Part shown: one piece after another, positions 47,705-57,882 of the stretch
How positions within the stretch are numbered: position 1 is the stretch's first letter
How the letters are laid out: each line of letters begins with the position of its first letter
From: an uncultured Elusimicrobia bacterium
Lineage (GTDB): Bacteria; Elusimicrobiota; Elusimicrobia; 2-01-FULL-59-12
DNA length: 64,000 nucleotides
Reading direction: 5' to 3'
NCBI GenBank assembly: GCA_963702895.1
Contig: OY969767.1
Coordinates: 1,728,001 to 1,792,000 of the forward strand
Program-made: the position numbers and the translations under genes
Notes under the pieces: model-generated
Databases searched by the model: none
What the model was told of the DNA's origin: nothing
The model's input: the letters and a program-made list of their open reading frames with translations, nothing else

Positions 47705-48456
47705 GGGAGAATGTCCGGAAGGTCATCGAGCGAGTCGATCCGGACGACGCTATTATAGGCCTTTCGGTGAGGAGCCCGCAAATGACGCCGGGAAGGGCTT
47801 CCCTGATCGAGCGAGGGATGGGCCCGGTCGATCAACACCGCACGGAGACCCGCCCGTGAGGCCCCGTGATAGTCGTCCTCCAGGCTGTCTCCGACATGCA
47901 CGCTGTGCGCGGCATCCGCCTTCATCGCCGTTAGGGCCGCCTCGAAGATTTTCTTTCCTGGCTTGGCAACACCTACCGCCGAGCTTGCCGTCACATGCTC
48001 AAAGAAGCGCGAGAGTCCCAGTTGTTCGACAATCGAGAAGAGACGATGGTCCCAGTTGGAGATCATACCGAGGCGAAATCCCTGCTTTTGGAGGCTCTCC
48101 AGGGTCGGCACCGCGTCATCGAAGAGGCGCCAGCATTCCGCCCGCGCGAACTGGTCATAGAGCTCCTGGAAAAAAGCGTCAAAGTCATCAAATTGGCCCA
48201 GATTCCCAAAGACGTCCCGCACGAGGGTATACCACCACTGGCGCTCAATCTTCTCGCTGCTTAAGCCCGCAAGCGTCGTCATGCCGTTACGTTTATGCCA
48301 CTCGGCGTGAAAAGCCTTCTCCACCACTTCGGCGTCGACCGTCACCCCGTGTTTTTGGGCAATGCGGGCGTAGACCGCGCCTACCGATGGGTAGGGCCGG
48401 AAGAGTGTGCCCCCTGCGTCAAAGAAGACGACCTGTGTTTTTTTACTTTTTCGCAT
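47701..48456 (-). CDS. HAD-superfamily hydrolase
   Basis: FFDAGGTL, ISNWD, KP, HVGDSLEDD. Confidence 0.9.
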   Translation of the reverse strand: MRKSKKTQVVFFDAGGTLFRPYPSVGAVYARIAQKHGVTVDAEVVEKAFHAEWHKRNGMTTLAGLSSEKIERQWWYTLVRDVFGNLGQFDDFDAFFQELYDQFARAECWRLFDDAVPTLESLQKQGFRLGMISNWDHRLFSIVEQLGLSRFFEHVTASSAVGVAKPGKKIFEAALTAMKADAAHSVHVGDSLEDDYHGASRAGLRAVLIDRAHPSLDQGSPSRRHLRAPHRKAYNSVVRIDSLDDLPDILP

Positions 48457-49102
48457 AGCGCGTCTGATCGATAACTTGAGCGGCCCTGAAGGCCCGTCTT
48501 CGTTCGGCGCATTTATTGCACCGGCCGCAATGAAGACGTCCCCGCGGCGAGAGGCACGAAAAGCTCAAATGGAGCGGCCAGCGGCTGGCGCGCTGGATCA
48601 CCTGGGCCTTGGAAAACCCACGATAAGGAGCGATCACCGAAAGGGGCTGATCCAGGCCCTTGGAAAGGGCTTTCGCCCAAAGCTTGAAAAAGTCCGGCGA
48701 GGCATCCGCAAAAGGGTTGTGATCCAGGCTTCCCAGCGCGATGAGGGGGATGCCATGCATCGCGGCAAAGATCGCGGCTTTGACCGTGAGCACCATGTTG
48801 CGGCCGGGGAGATAGACCGCCGTGTCTTTCGTGCGGGGCCCCGGCACGGCAGTTCCCCCCGTACTCCAGTGGGTCCCGTAAACGTCCCGCATCGGGACCG
48901 AAAGAAGAGTCAGAGCTTGGAGGCCCGGACCCCGGACCGCTCCCAAGTAGCGCCCGAGCCAATAAAGCTCGTAGGCTTCCCAGCGAAGCCCCTGCCGAAT
49001 ATAGAGAGGCCAGACGTCGTATCCTCGGGCCATCATCTCGCCGAGCAAGGCACAGCTGTCAAGACCCCCACTGGCCAAGAGACAGACTTTCTTTCTCTTC
49101 AC
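48443..49102 (-). CDS. queC: 7-cyano-7-deazaguanine synthase
   Basis: SGGLDS, YLPGRN, SC..HCGRCNKC. Confidence 0.88.
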   Translation of the reverse strand: MKRKKVCLLASGGLDSCALLGEMMARGYDVWPLYIRQGLRWEAYELYWLGRYLGAVRGPGLQALTLLSVPMRDVYGTHWSTGGTAVPGPRTKDTAVYLPGRNMVLTVKAAIFAAMHGIPLIALGSLDHNPFADASPDFFKLWAKALSKGLDQPLSVIAPYRGFSKAQVIQRASRWPLHLSFSCLSPRGRLHCGRCNKCAERRRAFRAAQVIDQTRYAKK

Positions 49103-49108
49103 CGCAAC

Positions 49109-49116
49109 ATTATAAT
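49109..49116. promoter_or_regulatory. Symmetric bidirectional -10 element ATTATAAT
   Basis: TATAAT on both strands, each exactly 6 nt from the GTG of queC or queD. Confidence 0.75.
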
Positions 49117-49122
49117 CCGTGC

Positions 49123-49530
49123 GTGTTCAAGGTCACGAAAGAAATTCATTTCTGCTACGGCCACCGGCTCCTCCACTACGAGGGCAAGTGCCGCTACCTC
49201 CATGGCCACAACGGGAAGGTATGCCTCGAGCTCGCCGCCGACAATCTCGACGCCAAAGGCATGGTGCGGGACTTTACGGAAATCAAAACCATCCTGCAGA
49301 CCTGGATCGACCAGACGCTCGACCATCGCATGATCCTCAACCGCAGGGACCCGCTGAAGGAGGCTCTGGAAAAAGCGGGAGAGCCTCTTCATCTGATGGA
49401 CGACAACCCGACGGCTGAGAACATTGCGAAGTTGATCTATGAGACGGCGCGCAAGAAAGGACTGCCGGTCAGCTCGGTAATACTTTGGGAAACTCCGAAT
49501 TCGTGCGCGACATACTCTGAGACACCGTGA
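49123..49530 (+). CDS. queD: 6-carboxytetrahydropterin synthase
   Basis: CRYLHGHN, LDH, NPTAENIA, WET. Confidence 0.92.
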   Translation: MFKVTKEIHFCYGHRLLHYEGKCRYLHGHNGKVCLELAADNLDAKGMVRDFTEIKTILQTWIDQTLDHRMILNRRDPLKEALEKAGEPLHLMDDNPTAENIAKLIYETARKKGLPVSSVILWETPNSCATYSETP

Positions 49531-50980
49531 GGAAGGCCACGTAGGCAAAACCCGAACCAAAAAATCCGATAAAGCATAGACTCACCCACTGCTTGAGCGC
49601 GATCGCCACGCCGAGCGCCGCCAAAAAATAGATCGCAAAAGCAACTTCGATCACCGCTGCCACAGGACTTCTCGTCCGATAGAACTTCGACTTCCATGGG
49701 CTGTCCTTGCTTACAACCGAGTACTTCGGCGTGCGGCGGAACTCGAACGGGCGGGACATAAAACCCTGCAGCACCGCCTTGGCGTTCGAAAGACAAACCC
49801 CGAGACCCAGAGAAAGCAGGAACGGCAAATTGCGAATCCGCACTTTCCAGTCTTTGTGCAAATCCCTCTGACAGATGGTGTAAAAGATAAAGAGCGAGAC
49901 CGTCGTCGCGCCGAGCGCGAATCCCTCCAGAGCGCCGGTGAACGACCAAGAACAGCGTGAGCGAAAGTACAGACTGCAAGGCAGAAGCACAGACAGTGCC
50001 GCCGCGATCAAGTAACCGAGACAGGCCGTCAAGTGAAAGGTGGCCTCAACTTTCACTTTGAGCGGCAGCACGCTTCGCCAGATCGTGGGCAGCATTTTCC
50101 GGGCGGTTTGGATGGCCCCCATGGTCCAGCGGTTCTGTTGCGTTTTGAAAGCATTGATATCGACCGGCAGCTCCGCCGGACACACGACCTCCGGCAGATA
50201 CATGAAACGCCATCCCTTCATCTGCGCCCGGTAAGAAAGATCGAGGTCTTCGGTGAGCGTGTCATGCTGCCAGCCCCCGGACGATTCGATGGCCTCACGC
50301 CGCCAGATGCCGGCGGTCCCATTAAAGTTGAAGAAAGCGCCGGAGCGGTTCCGGGCGGTATGCTCGATCAAGAAGTGACCGTCCAGGAAGATCGACTGCA
50401 CCCAGGTCAGCAGCGAATGGTTTTCATTCAAATGCCCCCAGCGTGTCTGCACCATGCCGATCGCCGGGTCGCCAAACCAAGGGAGGGTCTTCTTTAAAAA
50501 GTCAGTCGGCGGAACGAAATCCGCGTCAAAGATGCAAAGGTACTGGCCACGGGCCTGCTTGAGCCCCGAAGCCAAGGCCCCGGCTTTATAGCCCGCACGG
50601 TCCTTTCGGTGAAGGTGTGCGACGTCAAAACCCTTCGCCCGCCAGGACGCGACCTGGGCCCGAAGGATCTCGGCCGTATCATCCGTGGAATCATCAAGCA
50701 CTTGAATCTCCAGAAGCTCTCGCGGGTAGTCCAGCGCACAGGCCGAGGCAAGGAGTCGCTCCACCACATAACGTTCGTTATAGACCGGAAGCTGGATGGT
50801 GACGACAGGAAGTGTAGAAGGAAGATCCGGCTCAGGCGTTGGCTTGGCCCACTTGTAGTATCGGAAATAGAGGTAAAGGATCCAGTACCGATGCACTCCG
50901 TAGAGCGACAGGAGCACCATCAGCGAGAGATAGGCCGCCATCATAAGGTGGCTGAGCAACATCACAGAAGATCCTGACAT
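49469..50980 (-). CDS. GT2 cellulose-synthase-like membrane glycosyltransferase
   Basis: QLPVYNE, DDSTD, DAD, TED, QQNRW. Confidence 0.9.
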   Translation of the reverse strand: MSGSSVMLLSHLMMAAYLSLMVLLSLYGVHRYWILYLYFRYYKWAKPTPEPDLPSTLPVVTIQLPVYNERYVVERLLASACALDYPRELLEIQVLDDSTDDTAEILRAQVASWRAKGFDVAHLHRKDRAGYKAGALASGLKQARGQYLCIFDADFVPPTDFLKKTLPWFGDPAIGMVQTRWGHLNENHSLLTWVQSIFLDGHFLIEHTARNRSGAFFNFNGTAGIWRREAIESSGGWQHDTLTEDLDLSYRAQMKGWRFMYLPEVVCPAELPVDINAFKTQQNRWTMGAIQTARKMLPTIWRSVLPLKVKVEATFHLTACLGYLIAAALSVLLPCSLYFRSRCSWSFTGALEGFALGATTVSLFIFYTICQRDLHKDWKVRIRNLPFLLSLGLGVCLSNAKAVLQGFMSRPFEFRRTPKYSVVSKDSPWKSKFYRTRSPVAAVIEVAFAIYFLAALGVAIALKQWVSLCFIGFFGSGFAYVAFLTVSQSMSRTNSEFPKVLPS

Positions 50981-50992
50981 CCTCCTACTGAA

Positions 50993-51721
50993 TTATCTTT
51001 TTCCCACAAACTTCATATGCACCTTGAGCGTGTCATCCGGAAATCCATGGGGCAAGGGCGGCATGGGATTGGCAAACAAGACCGCCCGCAGCGCCAGTTG
51101 ATCAAAGAGCGAATCGCGCGACGACTTCGAAATCGTAGAGCCAGAAATCTGTCCCGTGCGGTTGATGATAAAGGTCACCTGGCACTCGGTCTCCGGCTCA
51201 TAGGCCTGCGGCGGCTTCCACTGTTGATCCAGCCTGTCCGCGATCGCCTTCAGGTACCAGGGGAAGGGAAAGGGCGTGCCCGTGGCCGCCATGATGCCGG
51301 GCCCGCCGCCCAAATTCGTCCCCGCTCCGTGTCCGGAGCCCTGCGAAGTCCCTGATCGTTCCCCCACGACAGGGAGTCTCGAGTCCGATTCCTCCGCCTC
51401 AAGCTTCTGCTGGGCCAAGCGTTTCTTCTTCAGCTTGGCAAGCATTCGGATGGTGTCCTGATCGGAAGCGACTTCCTCTTTCGCCACTTTCGGCGCGGTC
51501 CGCATAGCCTTTGGCAGCGAGACCTTGGGAGCCGCAGGCGCTGTAATCGCATCAGGCGAAGACGTCGAGCTGAAAGCGCCTCCTCCACCCGACGAGAGCG
51601 AACTCATCAGATCGACTGCATAATAGCTCATTGGCGCTTTGGAGAGCAAAGTGCCCATCACGAGCAGCGTCCCCAGGATCAAACCATGGATCGCGCAGGA
51701 GTAATAAAGAAAAGGCTTCAT
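50993..51721 (-). CDS. TolA/TonB C-terminal-domain protein
   Basis: N-terminal TM with His; SRDSLFDQLALRAV. Confidence 0.8.
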   Translation of the reverse strand: MKPFLYYSCAIHGLILGTLLVMGTLLSKAPMSYYAVDLMSSLSSGGGGAFSSTSSPDAITAPAAPKVSLPKAMRTAPKVAKEEVASDQDTIRMLAKLKKKRLAQQKLEAEESDSRLPVVGERSGTSQGSGHGAGTNLGGGPGIMAATGTPFPFPWYLKAIADRLDQQWKPPQAYEPETECQVTFIINRTGQISGSTISKSSRDSLFDQLALRAVLFANPMPPLPHGFPDDTLKVHMKFVGKR

Positions 51722-52134
51722 TTCTTGGGAGGTTCCACCGAGATGCCTAACTTGGAGACCTGCAGCTTTTTGGCGATATCCATGACCGAAACGACGTATT
51801 GAAGCGCAATGTCCTTGTCCGCCTGGATCATGAGCGGACGCTCACGTTTGGGTCCAAGCAAAGGCTTCAGAAGCGCTTCCAGCGTGCTGATGGAAGCCGG
51901 TTTGCCATTGAGGCTGATTTCCCCCTGTTTTTGGATCATGACGATGATCGGGCGGTCTGGCGCTTCGCTTCCCGCCACCGATTTCGGGAGGTTCACCCGG
52001 ACCTGCTGCTGCACGAGAAACGGCGTCATCACCATGAAGATAATGAGCAGAACCAGGGCAACGTCAATGAGCGGGATCATGTTGATCTCCGCGATGGGAC
52101 CGTGCCTCTTCCCCCTGCGCAGGGTCGCGGCCAC
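51718..52134 (-). CDS. ExbD/TolR family protein
   Basis: INMIPLIDVALVLLIIFM. Confidence 0.92.
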   Translation of the reverse strand: MAATLRRGKRHGPIAEINMIPLIDVALVLLIIFMVMTPFLVQQQVRVNLPKSVAGSEAPDRPIIVMIQKQGEISLNGKPASISTLEALLKPLLGPKRERPLMIQADKDIALQYVVSVMDIAKKLQVSKLGISVEPPKK

Positions 52135-52766
52135 TAGCGCGCTCCGGTGAGGTCGAGGATTTCTTGGGCGCAGAGCTCCATGTCTTCGGCGATCCGCTCC
52201 ACTTTGCGGCCGTAGGCGTTATAGGCGACAATGGCGGGGATCGCCACAAAGAGGCCTAAGGCTGTCGTCACGAGGGCTTCGGCGATGCCGTTGGCGACCA
52301 CGCCCGGCCCCCCACCTGCGTTTTCAGCAATCGCATGAAACGCGTGAATAATACCCACGACCGTTCCGAAAAGTCCCACGAAGGGCGAAATGCTGCCGAT
52401 CGTGCCAAGGACGGTCAGGTAATGGTTCATGCGGGAGGTCTCGGTCCGGATGAGCCGCAGGGCCACGCGTTCCATATGCTCCCGGCCGGCAGCCCGGTCC
52501 TGGGCGCTCGGGCGAAGGACGTAACAAAGGATGTGTCCGACGGGGCGCTTAAGGTGTTCGCAATAGCCTATGGCCGCCTCTTTGCCGCCTTCCGCGAGGA
52601 GTTTCCGGACGCGCTCGAGCACCCCGTCCCGGTCAAAATCAAAACGCCTCAGGAAAAAAAAGCGTTCCAAAATGACAGCCCCTGAGAAAATGGAACTGGC
52701 CAGCAGGAGCGACATGACTGGCCAAGCGGTCGCCCACATTTCTTTTAAAGCACTCAGGCTGAACAT
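52134..52766 (-). CDS. MotA/TolQ/ExbB proton channel protein
   Basis: PFVGLFGTV, GIAEALVTTALGL. Confidence 0.92.
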   Translation of the reverse strand: MFSLSALKEMWATAWPVMSLLLASSIFSGAVILERFFFLRRFDFDRDGVLERVRKLLAEGGKEAAIGYCEHLKRPVGHILCYVLRPSAQDRAAGREHMERVALRLIRTETSRMNHYLTVLGTIGSISPFVGLFGTVVGIIHAFHAIAENAGGGPGVVANGIAEALVTTALGLFVAIPAIVAYNAYGRKVERIAEDMELCAQEILDLTGAR

Positions 52767-52814
52767 AGAAAGATCCTTTCGTAGGGACTTATGATTACTT
52801 TGGATTTTAACACC

Positions 52815-54596
52815 TTACCGAGCTCTCAGCACGCGGACCCAGCGGCGCACCGACAGAAAGATCATCGTGATCGCGCAAGCCATCATGAGAACCGTCAGGA
52901 TCGCGTTGATCGAGCCGATCAAAAACTTCCCTGGCTCTCGGGCCAGGGGCAGAAAATTGTCCCAGATATTGAGCCACCCCGCCGTGAGCGTTGTGACGGC
53001 GACAAAGACCATGGGCGCAAGCGTCACCACCATATAACGCGCCTTGCCCCTGTGCAAGATGACGGTCGTGCCGATGCAAAGCGCGATCACCGCCAACAGC
53101 TGGTTGGCGACGCCAAACATGGGCCAGATCGTGGAGATGCTTCCAGTCAGAATAAAGTAAGTCCAGGGGGCGACCACCAAGGCGCTTGCGATCACGGTCC
53201 CCGGCAACCAATCGGTCCGCGCGAAAGGAGGGTAGGCTTTGCCCAGAAATTCCTGGGCGATGAACCGGGCCACGCGTGTGCCGGTGTCGATCGTCGTGAG
53301 GATAAAGAGCGCCTCAAACATGATCGCGAAGTGATACCAGTAAGACATGAGCCCTTTCATCCCGGGCAACGATGAGAAAACCTGCGCCATCCCCACCGCA
53401 AGCGACACGGCCCCGCCTGTGCGACCCGCGATATTTTCCCCCACCTGCCGGGCGAGTTCCGGCAGATTCACGGTCCCGATCCCAAGCAGAGCGAACTTCG
53501 CGGGAGAAACATTGATGGCAAAATAATCACCCGGGTAAAGGGCGGAGCAGGCGATGAGCGCCGTCACCCCCACGAGTCCCTCCAAGAGCATCGCGCCATA
53601 GCCGATGGGGCGAATGTCCAGTTCGCTACTAATCATTTTGGGCGTCGTGCCGGAAGCCACCAGGGCATGAAACCCAGAGATCGCCCCGCAGGCGATCGTG
53701 ATAAAAACAAAGGGAAAGAGCTTCCCGGGAATGATGGGGCCGCCGCCGTGAATAAAGTCGCTCACGGCAGGCAGGCGCAGCTCCGGACGAACGAGGAGCA
53801 GTCCAACAATCAGAAACCCGATGGTGCCGAGCTTCATATAGGAGCTCAGATAATCCCGCGGGCACAAGAGCATCCAGACGGGAAGAACGGAGGCGATGAA
53901 ACCATAGATGGCGATGGAAAGCGTCACCTCGGTGTGGCTGAGCGTCAGAAGAGGTCCCAGGGCAGAGTCTTGAATGAACTTGCCGGCAAACACCGCTAAG
54001 AGGAGCACCGCGACTCCGATGGCAGAAGCTTCTGCGATCTTTCCTTTGCGGAAGCAGTACATGTACCAACCCATAAAAAGGGCCAGCGGTATGGTGCATC
54101 CAATCGTGAACACCCCCCAAGGGCTGTCTCGTAAGGCATTCACCACCGCCAGGCCCAGACCCGCCAGCGCGACCATGATGATGAAGAGGATGGCGATCGC
54201 GGTGACGAGACTTGCGACCGGCCCCAGCTCTTCGCGCGCGATGACGGCAAGCGACCTTCCCTCCCGTCGCGTGGAGGCAAAGAGAATGATGAAGTCCTGC
54301 ACCGCGCCTGCCAGCACCACGCCGATGAGAAGCCAAAGAAAGCCCGGAAGGAACCCAAATTGCGCTGCGAGCACCGGCCCGATGAGGGGCCCCGCCCCCG
54401 TAATCGCGGCAAAATGATGTCCAAAGAGGACCCAGCGGTTCGTGGGGTGATAGTTCGACCCGTCGTTGAGCGTATGGGCCGGTGTTTGTCTTGCGGCGTC
54501 CAGACAAACAACTTTGGAGGAGAGAAACGCGCTGTAGTACCGGTAAGCCAAGGCGAGAACGCAGAGCGTCCCCACCATAAATGGAAACGAAGACAT
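52815..54596 (-). CDS. cstA: Carbon starvation protein A family transporter
   Basis: [40 protein letters not shown]. Confidence 0.95.
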   Translation of the reverse strand: MSSFPFMVGTLCVLALAYRYYSAFLSSKVVCLDAARQTPAHTLNDGSNYHPTNRWVLFGHHFAAITGAGPLIGPVLAAQFGFLPGFLWLLIGVVLAGAVQDFIILFASTRREGRSLAVIAREELGPVASLVTAIAILFIIMVALAGLGLAVVNALRDSPWGVFTIGCTIPLALFMGWYMYCFRKGKIAEASAIGVAVLLLAVFAGKFIQDSALGPLLTLSHTEVTLSIAIYGFIASVLPVWMLLCPRDYLSSYMKLGTIGFLIVGLLLVRPELRLPAVSDFIHGGGPIIPGKLFPFVFITIACGAISGFHALVASGTTPKMISSELDIRPIGYGAMLLEGLVGVTALIACSALYPGDYFAINVSPAKFALLGIGTVNLPELARQVGENIAGRTGGAVSLAVGMAQVFSSLPGMKGLMSYWYHFAIMFEALFILTTIDTGTRVARFIAQEFLGKAYPPFARTDWLPGTVIASALVVAPWTYFILTGSISTIWPMFGVANQLLAVIALCIGTTVILHRGKARYMVVTLAPMVFVAVTTLTAGWLNIWDNFLPLAREPGKFLIGSINAILTVLMMACAITMIFLSVRRWVRVLRAR

Positions 54597-54615
54597 GGCG
54601 AAAATTATATCAGGA

Positions 54616-55071
54616 TCAGTTCAGGTATTTTGCGAGCTCGGGACCGATGGCCATTTTCTTGAGCAGTGTGTCGCTCACGATCATCTCCGGGTCGCTGGCA
54701 AGTTGAAGGGCCAAAATGATAGAGGTCACTTCTCCAGGCAGGAGCGAGATCGTCGCGACAGGGCTCGTATAGTGATCGACAATCCCCGAATGACTCTTTG
54801 TACGAGCTGCATAGACGCGATAACGCCCTGGGGGGACTTGAATTGAAACTGTGGCAGAGGTTGGATAGACTCCGTAAAACTCATCACGGTCGTTGGCATA
54901 GACATACACTTGAGCGCCCGTCGCATAGGCTCCTGCATCATCGAGCACCATCGTAGAGATCGTGGCGGCAGGGACCTGCTCGGCATCCAGAGGAGCGAGC
55001 GAGCTTATCGCCAGGAAAGCAGAAATCGCGTAAAGTCCTCGGCACCTTTTCACATAATAACAGTATCGCAA
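54616..55071 (-). CDS. Small exported beta-sandwich protein, paralog of 55154-55579
   Basis: VLDDAGA, PPGRYRV, C-terminal LKK..LN. Confidence 0.65.
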   Translation of the reverse strand: MRYCYYVKRCRGLYAISAFLAISSLAPLDAEQVPAATISTMVLDDAGAYATGAQVYVYANDRDEFYGVYPTSATVSIQVPPGRYRVYAARTKSHSGIVDHYTSPVATISLLPGEVTSIILALQLASDPEMIVSDTLLKKMAIGPELAKYLN

Positions 55072-55102
55072 TTGGAGAAATTCTTCTATGGGCCTGGAAA
55101 CT

Positions 55103-55134
55103 AAAAAAAGTGGGCCAAATGGCCCACTTTTTTT
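55103..55134. terminator. Bidirectional intrinsic terminator
   Basis: A7-GTGGGCC-AAAT-GGCCCAC-T7. Confidence 0.85.
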
Positions 55135-55153
55135 ATGAGACTTTTAGCGTGAT

Positions 55154-55579
55154 CTAGTTGAGGTGAGACGGCAAACCAAGCTTTTTCAACTCGGCCATCG
55201 TCAGACTCTGGGCCGGGGTGATCGGCATCAGCCGAAGCGTGACCACGGCATTGTCTCCCGCGACCACCTCGATATGGGCCTCATGACTCGCGAAACGATC
55301 GACATAATCACCCGTTTTCTTGACGATCGCCGAGGAGATGCGATAGGTGCCGGCGGGCATCGAAAAGGTGGTTGTTCCCGGGATATCTTTTCCTCCAATG
55401 AATTTCGTCCGATGTTCCCCAAAGATATAGACAGGGGCTTCTGGCACGATGGCGCCACTTTCATCCAGGACGCTGATATTGACTGTTCCTATATGGGTTG
55501 GTTCGGCCGCATAGGCCAGGCCGCCGCTCAGGATGGCCACCACACTCAAGATCAAGATTGCCTTTTTCATATTCAACAC
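55154..55579 (-). CDS. Small exported beta-sandwich protein
   Basis: SD GGGAGG; signal MKKAILILSVVAILSGGLAYA; VLDESGA, PAGTYRI. Confidence 0.75.
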   Translation of the reverse strand: MLNMKKAILILSVVAILSGGLAYAAEPTHIGTVNISVLDESGAIVPEAPVYIFGEHRTKFIGGKDIPGTTTFSMPAGTYRISSAIVKKTGDYVDRFASHEAHIEVVAGDNAVVTLRLMPITPAQSLTMAELKKLGLPSHLN

Positions 55580-55773
55580 CCTCCCTTGGTTCGAGCATAA
55601 GGTGTCCCTCGCTTTTCAGCCATAGGTTTCAAACAGGGTTAACCCCTGTTTTCGGGGATTGAGTGTCAATATATGTAAACCTAATTAGATATTAAAATAG
55701 ACTCGTTTTTAATAGAGCCCTGTTAAGGCCTTACAAGACGCCCCTTGCGCTTTTTTGTAAAAATACATGTTAC

Positions 55774-56568
55774 GTGATAGACTCTTTCGAAGTGAGCTCT
55801 GACATCCTCCAGTCTCTCTTTTTAGGTTCGGTCCAAGGACTCACCGAGTTCCTTCCAATATCCAGTTCCGCCCACTTGATCCTCGTGCCTGCCATCATGG
55901 GTTGGCCAGATCAAGGTCTGGCCTTTGACGTCGCCCTCCACCTGGGCACCTTAGTTGGGTTGATGTCTTATTTCTGGCGGGACTTTTGGGTGATGCTCAT
56001 CAAAACCGAGCAGAGAAAGACTTTGTATTACCTGATGGCAGCGACTCTTCCGGGGGCGCTGGCGGGGCTTCTCCTGGAACACAAAGTGGAAACGCTCTTT
56101 CGATCGCCCTCTCTGATTGCGCTCACCCTCATCGTGATGGGAACCGCGCTAGCCCTGGCAGACCGGTTTAGCCGTGGCAACAAAAAAGTGGGCAATCTTT
56201 CGTTTGGACAGGCCCTCCTCATCGGCGTTTCGCAAGCGCTGGCGCTCGTTCCTGGCGTATCGCGTTCCGGCATTACGATTACGACGGGGCTTGCTCTCGG
56301 GCTGGAACGCCCTGAAGCCGCAAAATTTTCGTTTCTCCTTTCAGCACCCATTATCGCGGGGGCCGGCCTCCTCAAAGCGAAAGCCATTTTTCTATCGCCG
56401 GATAAGACGGCGATCGCCGCGGGATTTGCGGCGGCGGCTCTGGCTGGATTTTTTGCCATTTGGGCGCTGCTTCGCTACGTCCAAACCCGCCGCTACACGC
56501 CCTTTGTTGTCTACCGCTGGATCCTGGGCGTCCTGATTCTTCTGAACCTCCGTCATTTTTCCTCATGA
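55774..56568 (+). CDS. uppP: Undecaprenyl-diphosphate phosphatase (start may be 55792)
   Basis: QGLTEFLPISSSAHL, PGVSRSG. Confidence 0.95.
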   Translation: MIDSFEVSSDILQSLFLGSVQGLTEFLPISSSAHLILVPAIMGWPDQGLAFDVALHLGTLVGLMSYFWRDFWVMLIKTEQRKTLYYLMAATLPGALAGLLLEHKVETLFRSPSLIALTLIVMGTALALADRFSRGNKKVGNLSFGQALLIGVSQALALVPGVSRSGITITTGLALGLERPEAAKFSFLLSAPIIAGAGLLKAKAIFLSPDKTAIAAGFAAAALAGFFAIWALLRYVQTRRYTPFVVYRWILGVLILLNLRHFSS

Positions 56569-57341
56569 ACCGGCGACGCTGGATCGTGCTCGTTCTGAGC
56601 TTGACCTCTTTGCCTGCCCTCTCGTATCCCGATCAAGTCATCATGAAAGATGGAACGGTGTACAAAGGAAAAATTCAAATCGACACCGATAAGGCGATTC
56701 TGATCGGCAACCCTCCTCTTGACCCCACAAGCTATCTGCTCAAAACCCAGGACATCGAGAAGATCATCTATGAGCCCTATCACCCCGCCCCCCCCTCTGA
56801 GACGAAGCGCGGTCTGATTTTTGAGGCTCAGCTCGGCGGAAGGACATTTTCATCGAATGAGCTGGACCTCCATCCGACCGCCGGGCTTTATCTGGGCATG
56901 GGCTTTCGCGTGCATCCTCTGGTGGAGCTCAGCGCTGGGTTTGACTGGATGCCCGCGCTCGAATCAAAAGATGACTTTGCTGTATCCAATGGCACCACCA
57001 CACGGCGCTACGAGCATTTTGCACAATACGGTGCTGGCTTCTCGCTGCGCCTTTACCCCCTTTATCAGAAGCACTGGAAGACCGAACCCTATGTGACGGC
57101 CGGTTATCAGTGGGCGAGCCTCGCGCCGAACGCCTCGGGTGACAGTTTCAAGGGGGCCGGATGGAACGCGGGGGCGGGTCTCATTCATCCGCTCACGACA
57201 CACCTCTATCTCGAAGCCCGCCTGAGTTATCAAAATTTGACCTTCGATCAGATCCACTTTCTGGGGCGCCAGAGCGGCATCAACCCCACGATCCAAGAGC
57301 GCATGATGTCGGTTCAGGTCGGTGCCTCCTATCGAATGTAA
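56565..57341 (+). CDS. Outer-membrane beta-barrel protein
   Basis: Signal peptide, amphipathic strands, C-terminal GASYRM; ATGA overlap with uppP. Confidence 0.7.
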   Translation: MNRRRWIVLVLSLTSLPALSYPDQVIMKDGTVYKGKIQIDTDKAILIGNPPLDPTSYLLKTQDIEKIIYEPYHPAPPSETKRGLIFEAQLGGRTFSSNELDLHPTAGLYLGMGFRVHPLVELSAGFDWMPALESKDDFAVSNGTTTRRYEHFAQYGAGFSLRLYPLYQKHWKTEPYVTAGYQWASLAPNASGDSFKGAGWNAGAGLIHPLTTHLYLEARLSYQNLTFDQIHFLGRQSGINPTIQERMMSVQVGASYRM

Positions 57342-57359
57342 TGTGCTAGAATTCCGCCG

Positions 57360-57842
57360 ATGAAAAAGAAAATTTCTTTGCTTCTCGTCGCTCTTGGCGG
57401 CCTCGGTATTTGCCCTGAGCTCTCTGGTGTGACGAGTCGCGTGGGTTCGGCGGAGGACTTGGGCATGGGGATGGAATTCGGGCAGCCCATCGGCGTGACG
57501 GCAAAGTATTGGCTCAATTCGACCCTGGCCATCGATGCCGCCATGGGCTATCACTTCAACGGTAATTTTGATCTCCACACGGATGCACTCTGGCACAGTT
57601 TTTCCAGCTTCCACTTGAGCAGTGGACGATTGCCTTTTTATGCGGGCCTCGGCGGGAGGGTTCTTCTGGGAAACGATTCTCAGCTGGGGGCCCGGCTGCC
57701 GTTGGGCTTGTCCTACCTGCCTTCCACAAAGCCGATCGAGCTTTTCCTCGAAATCGCTCCTGTGCTGGAACTGGTTCCTTCCGTGGAGATGGATGTGGAC
57801 GGTTTGGTGGGTTTCCGCGTTTACATCAACTATCTAAAATAA
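57360..57842 (+). CDS. Small outer-membrane beta-barrel protein
   Basis: GQPIGVTAKYW, FYAGLGG, FLEIAP, GFRVY. Confidence 0.7.
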   Translation: MKKKISLLLVALGGLGICPELSGVTSRVGSAEDLGMGMEFGQPIGVTAKYWLNSTLAIDAAMGYHFNGNFDLHTDALWHSFSSFHLSSGRLPFYAGLGGRVLLGNDSQLGARLPLGLSYLPSTKPIELFLEIAPVLELVPSVEMDVDGLVGFRVYINYLK

Positions 57843-57882
57843 GACTCGTCCTTTGCGCCGAGGCGCCGATCTCCTCTGAGCC

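Noticed and set aside
47760..47823. Possible in-frame repeat insertion near the HAD C-terminus
   Set aside because: Looks like an insert but the palindrome is weak and no second copy was found.
46127..49530. Phage-type or Dpd 7-deazaguanine DNA-modification island (thyX, queC, queD)
   Set aside because: No dpdA/TGT-like or phage genes; queG in the window fits ordinary queuosine synthesis.
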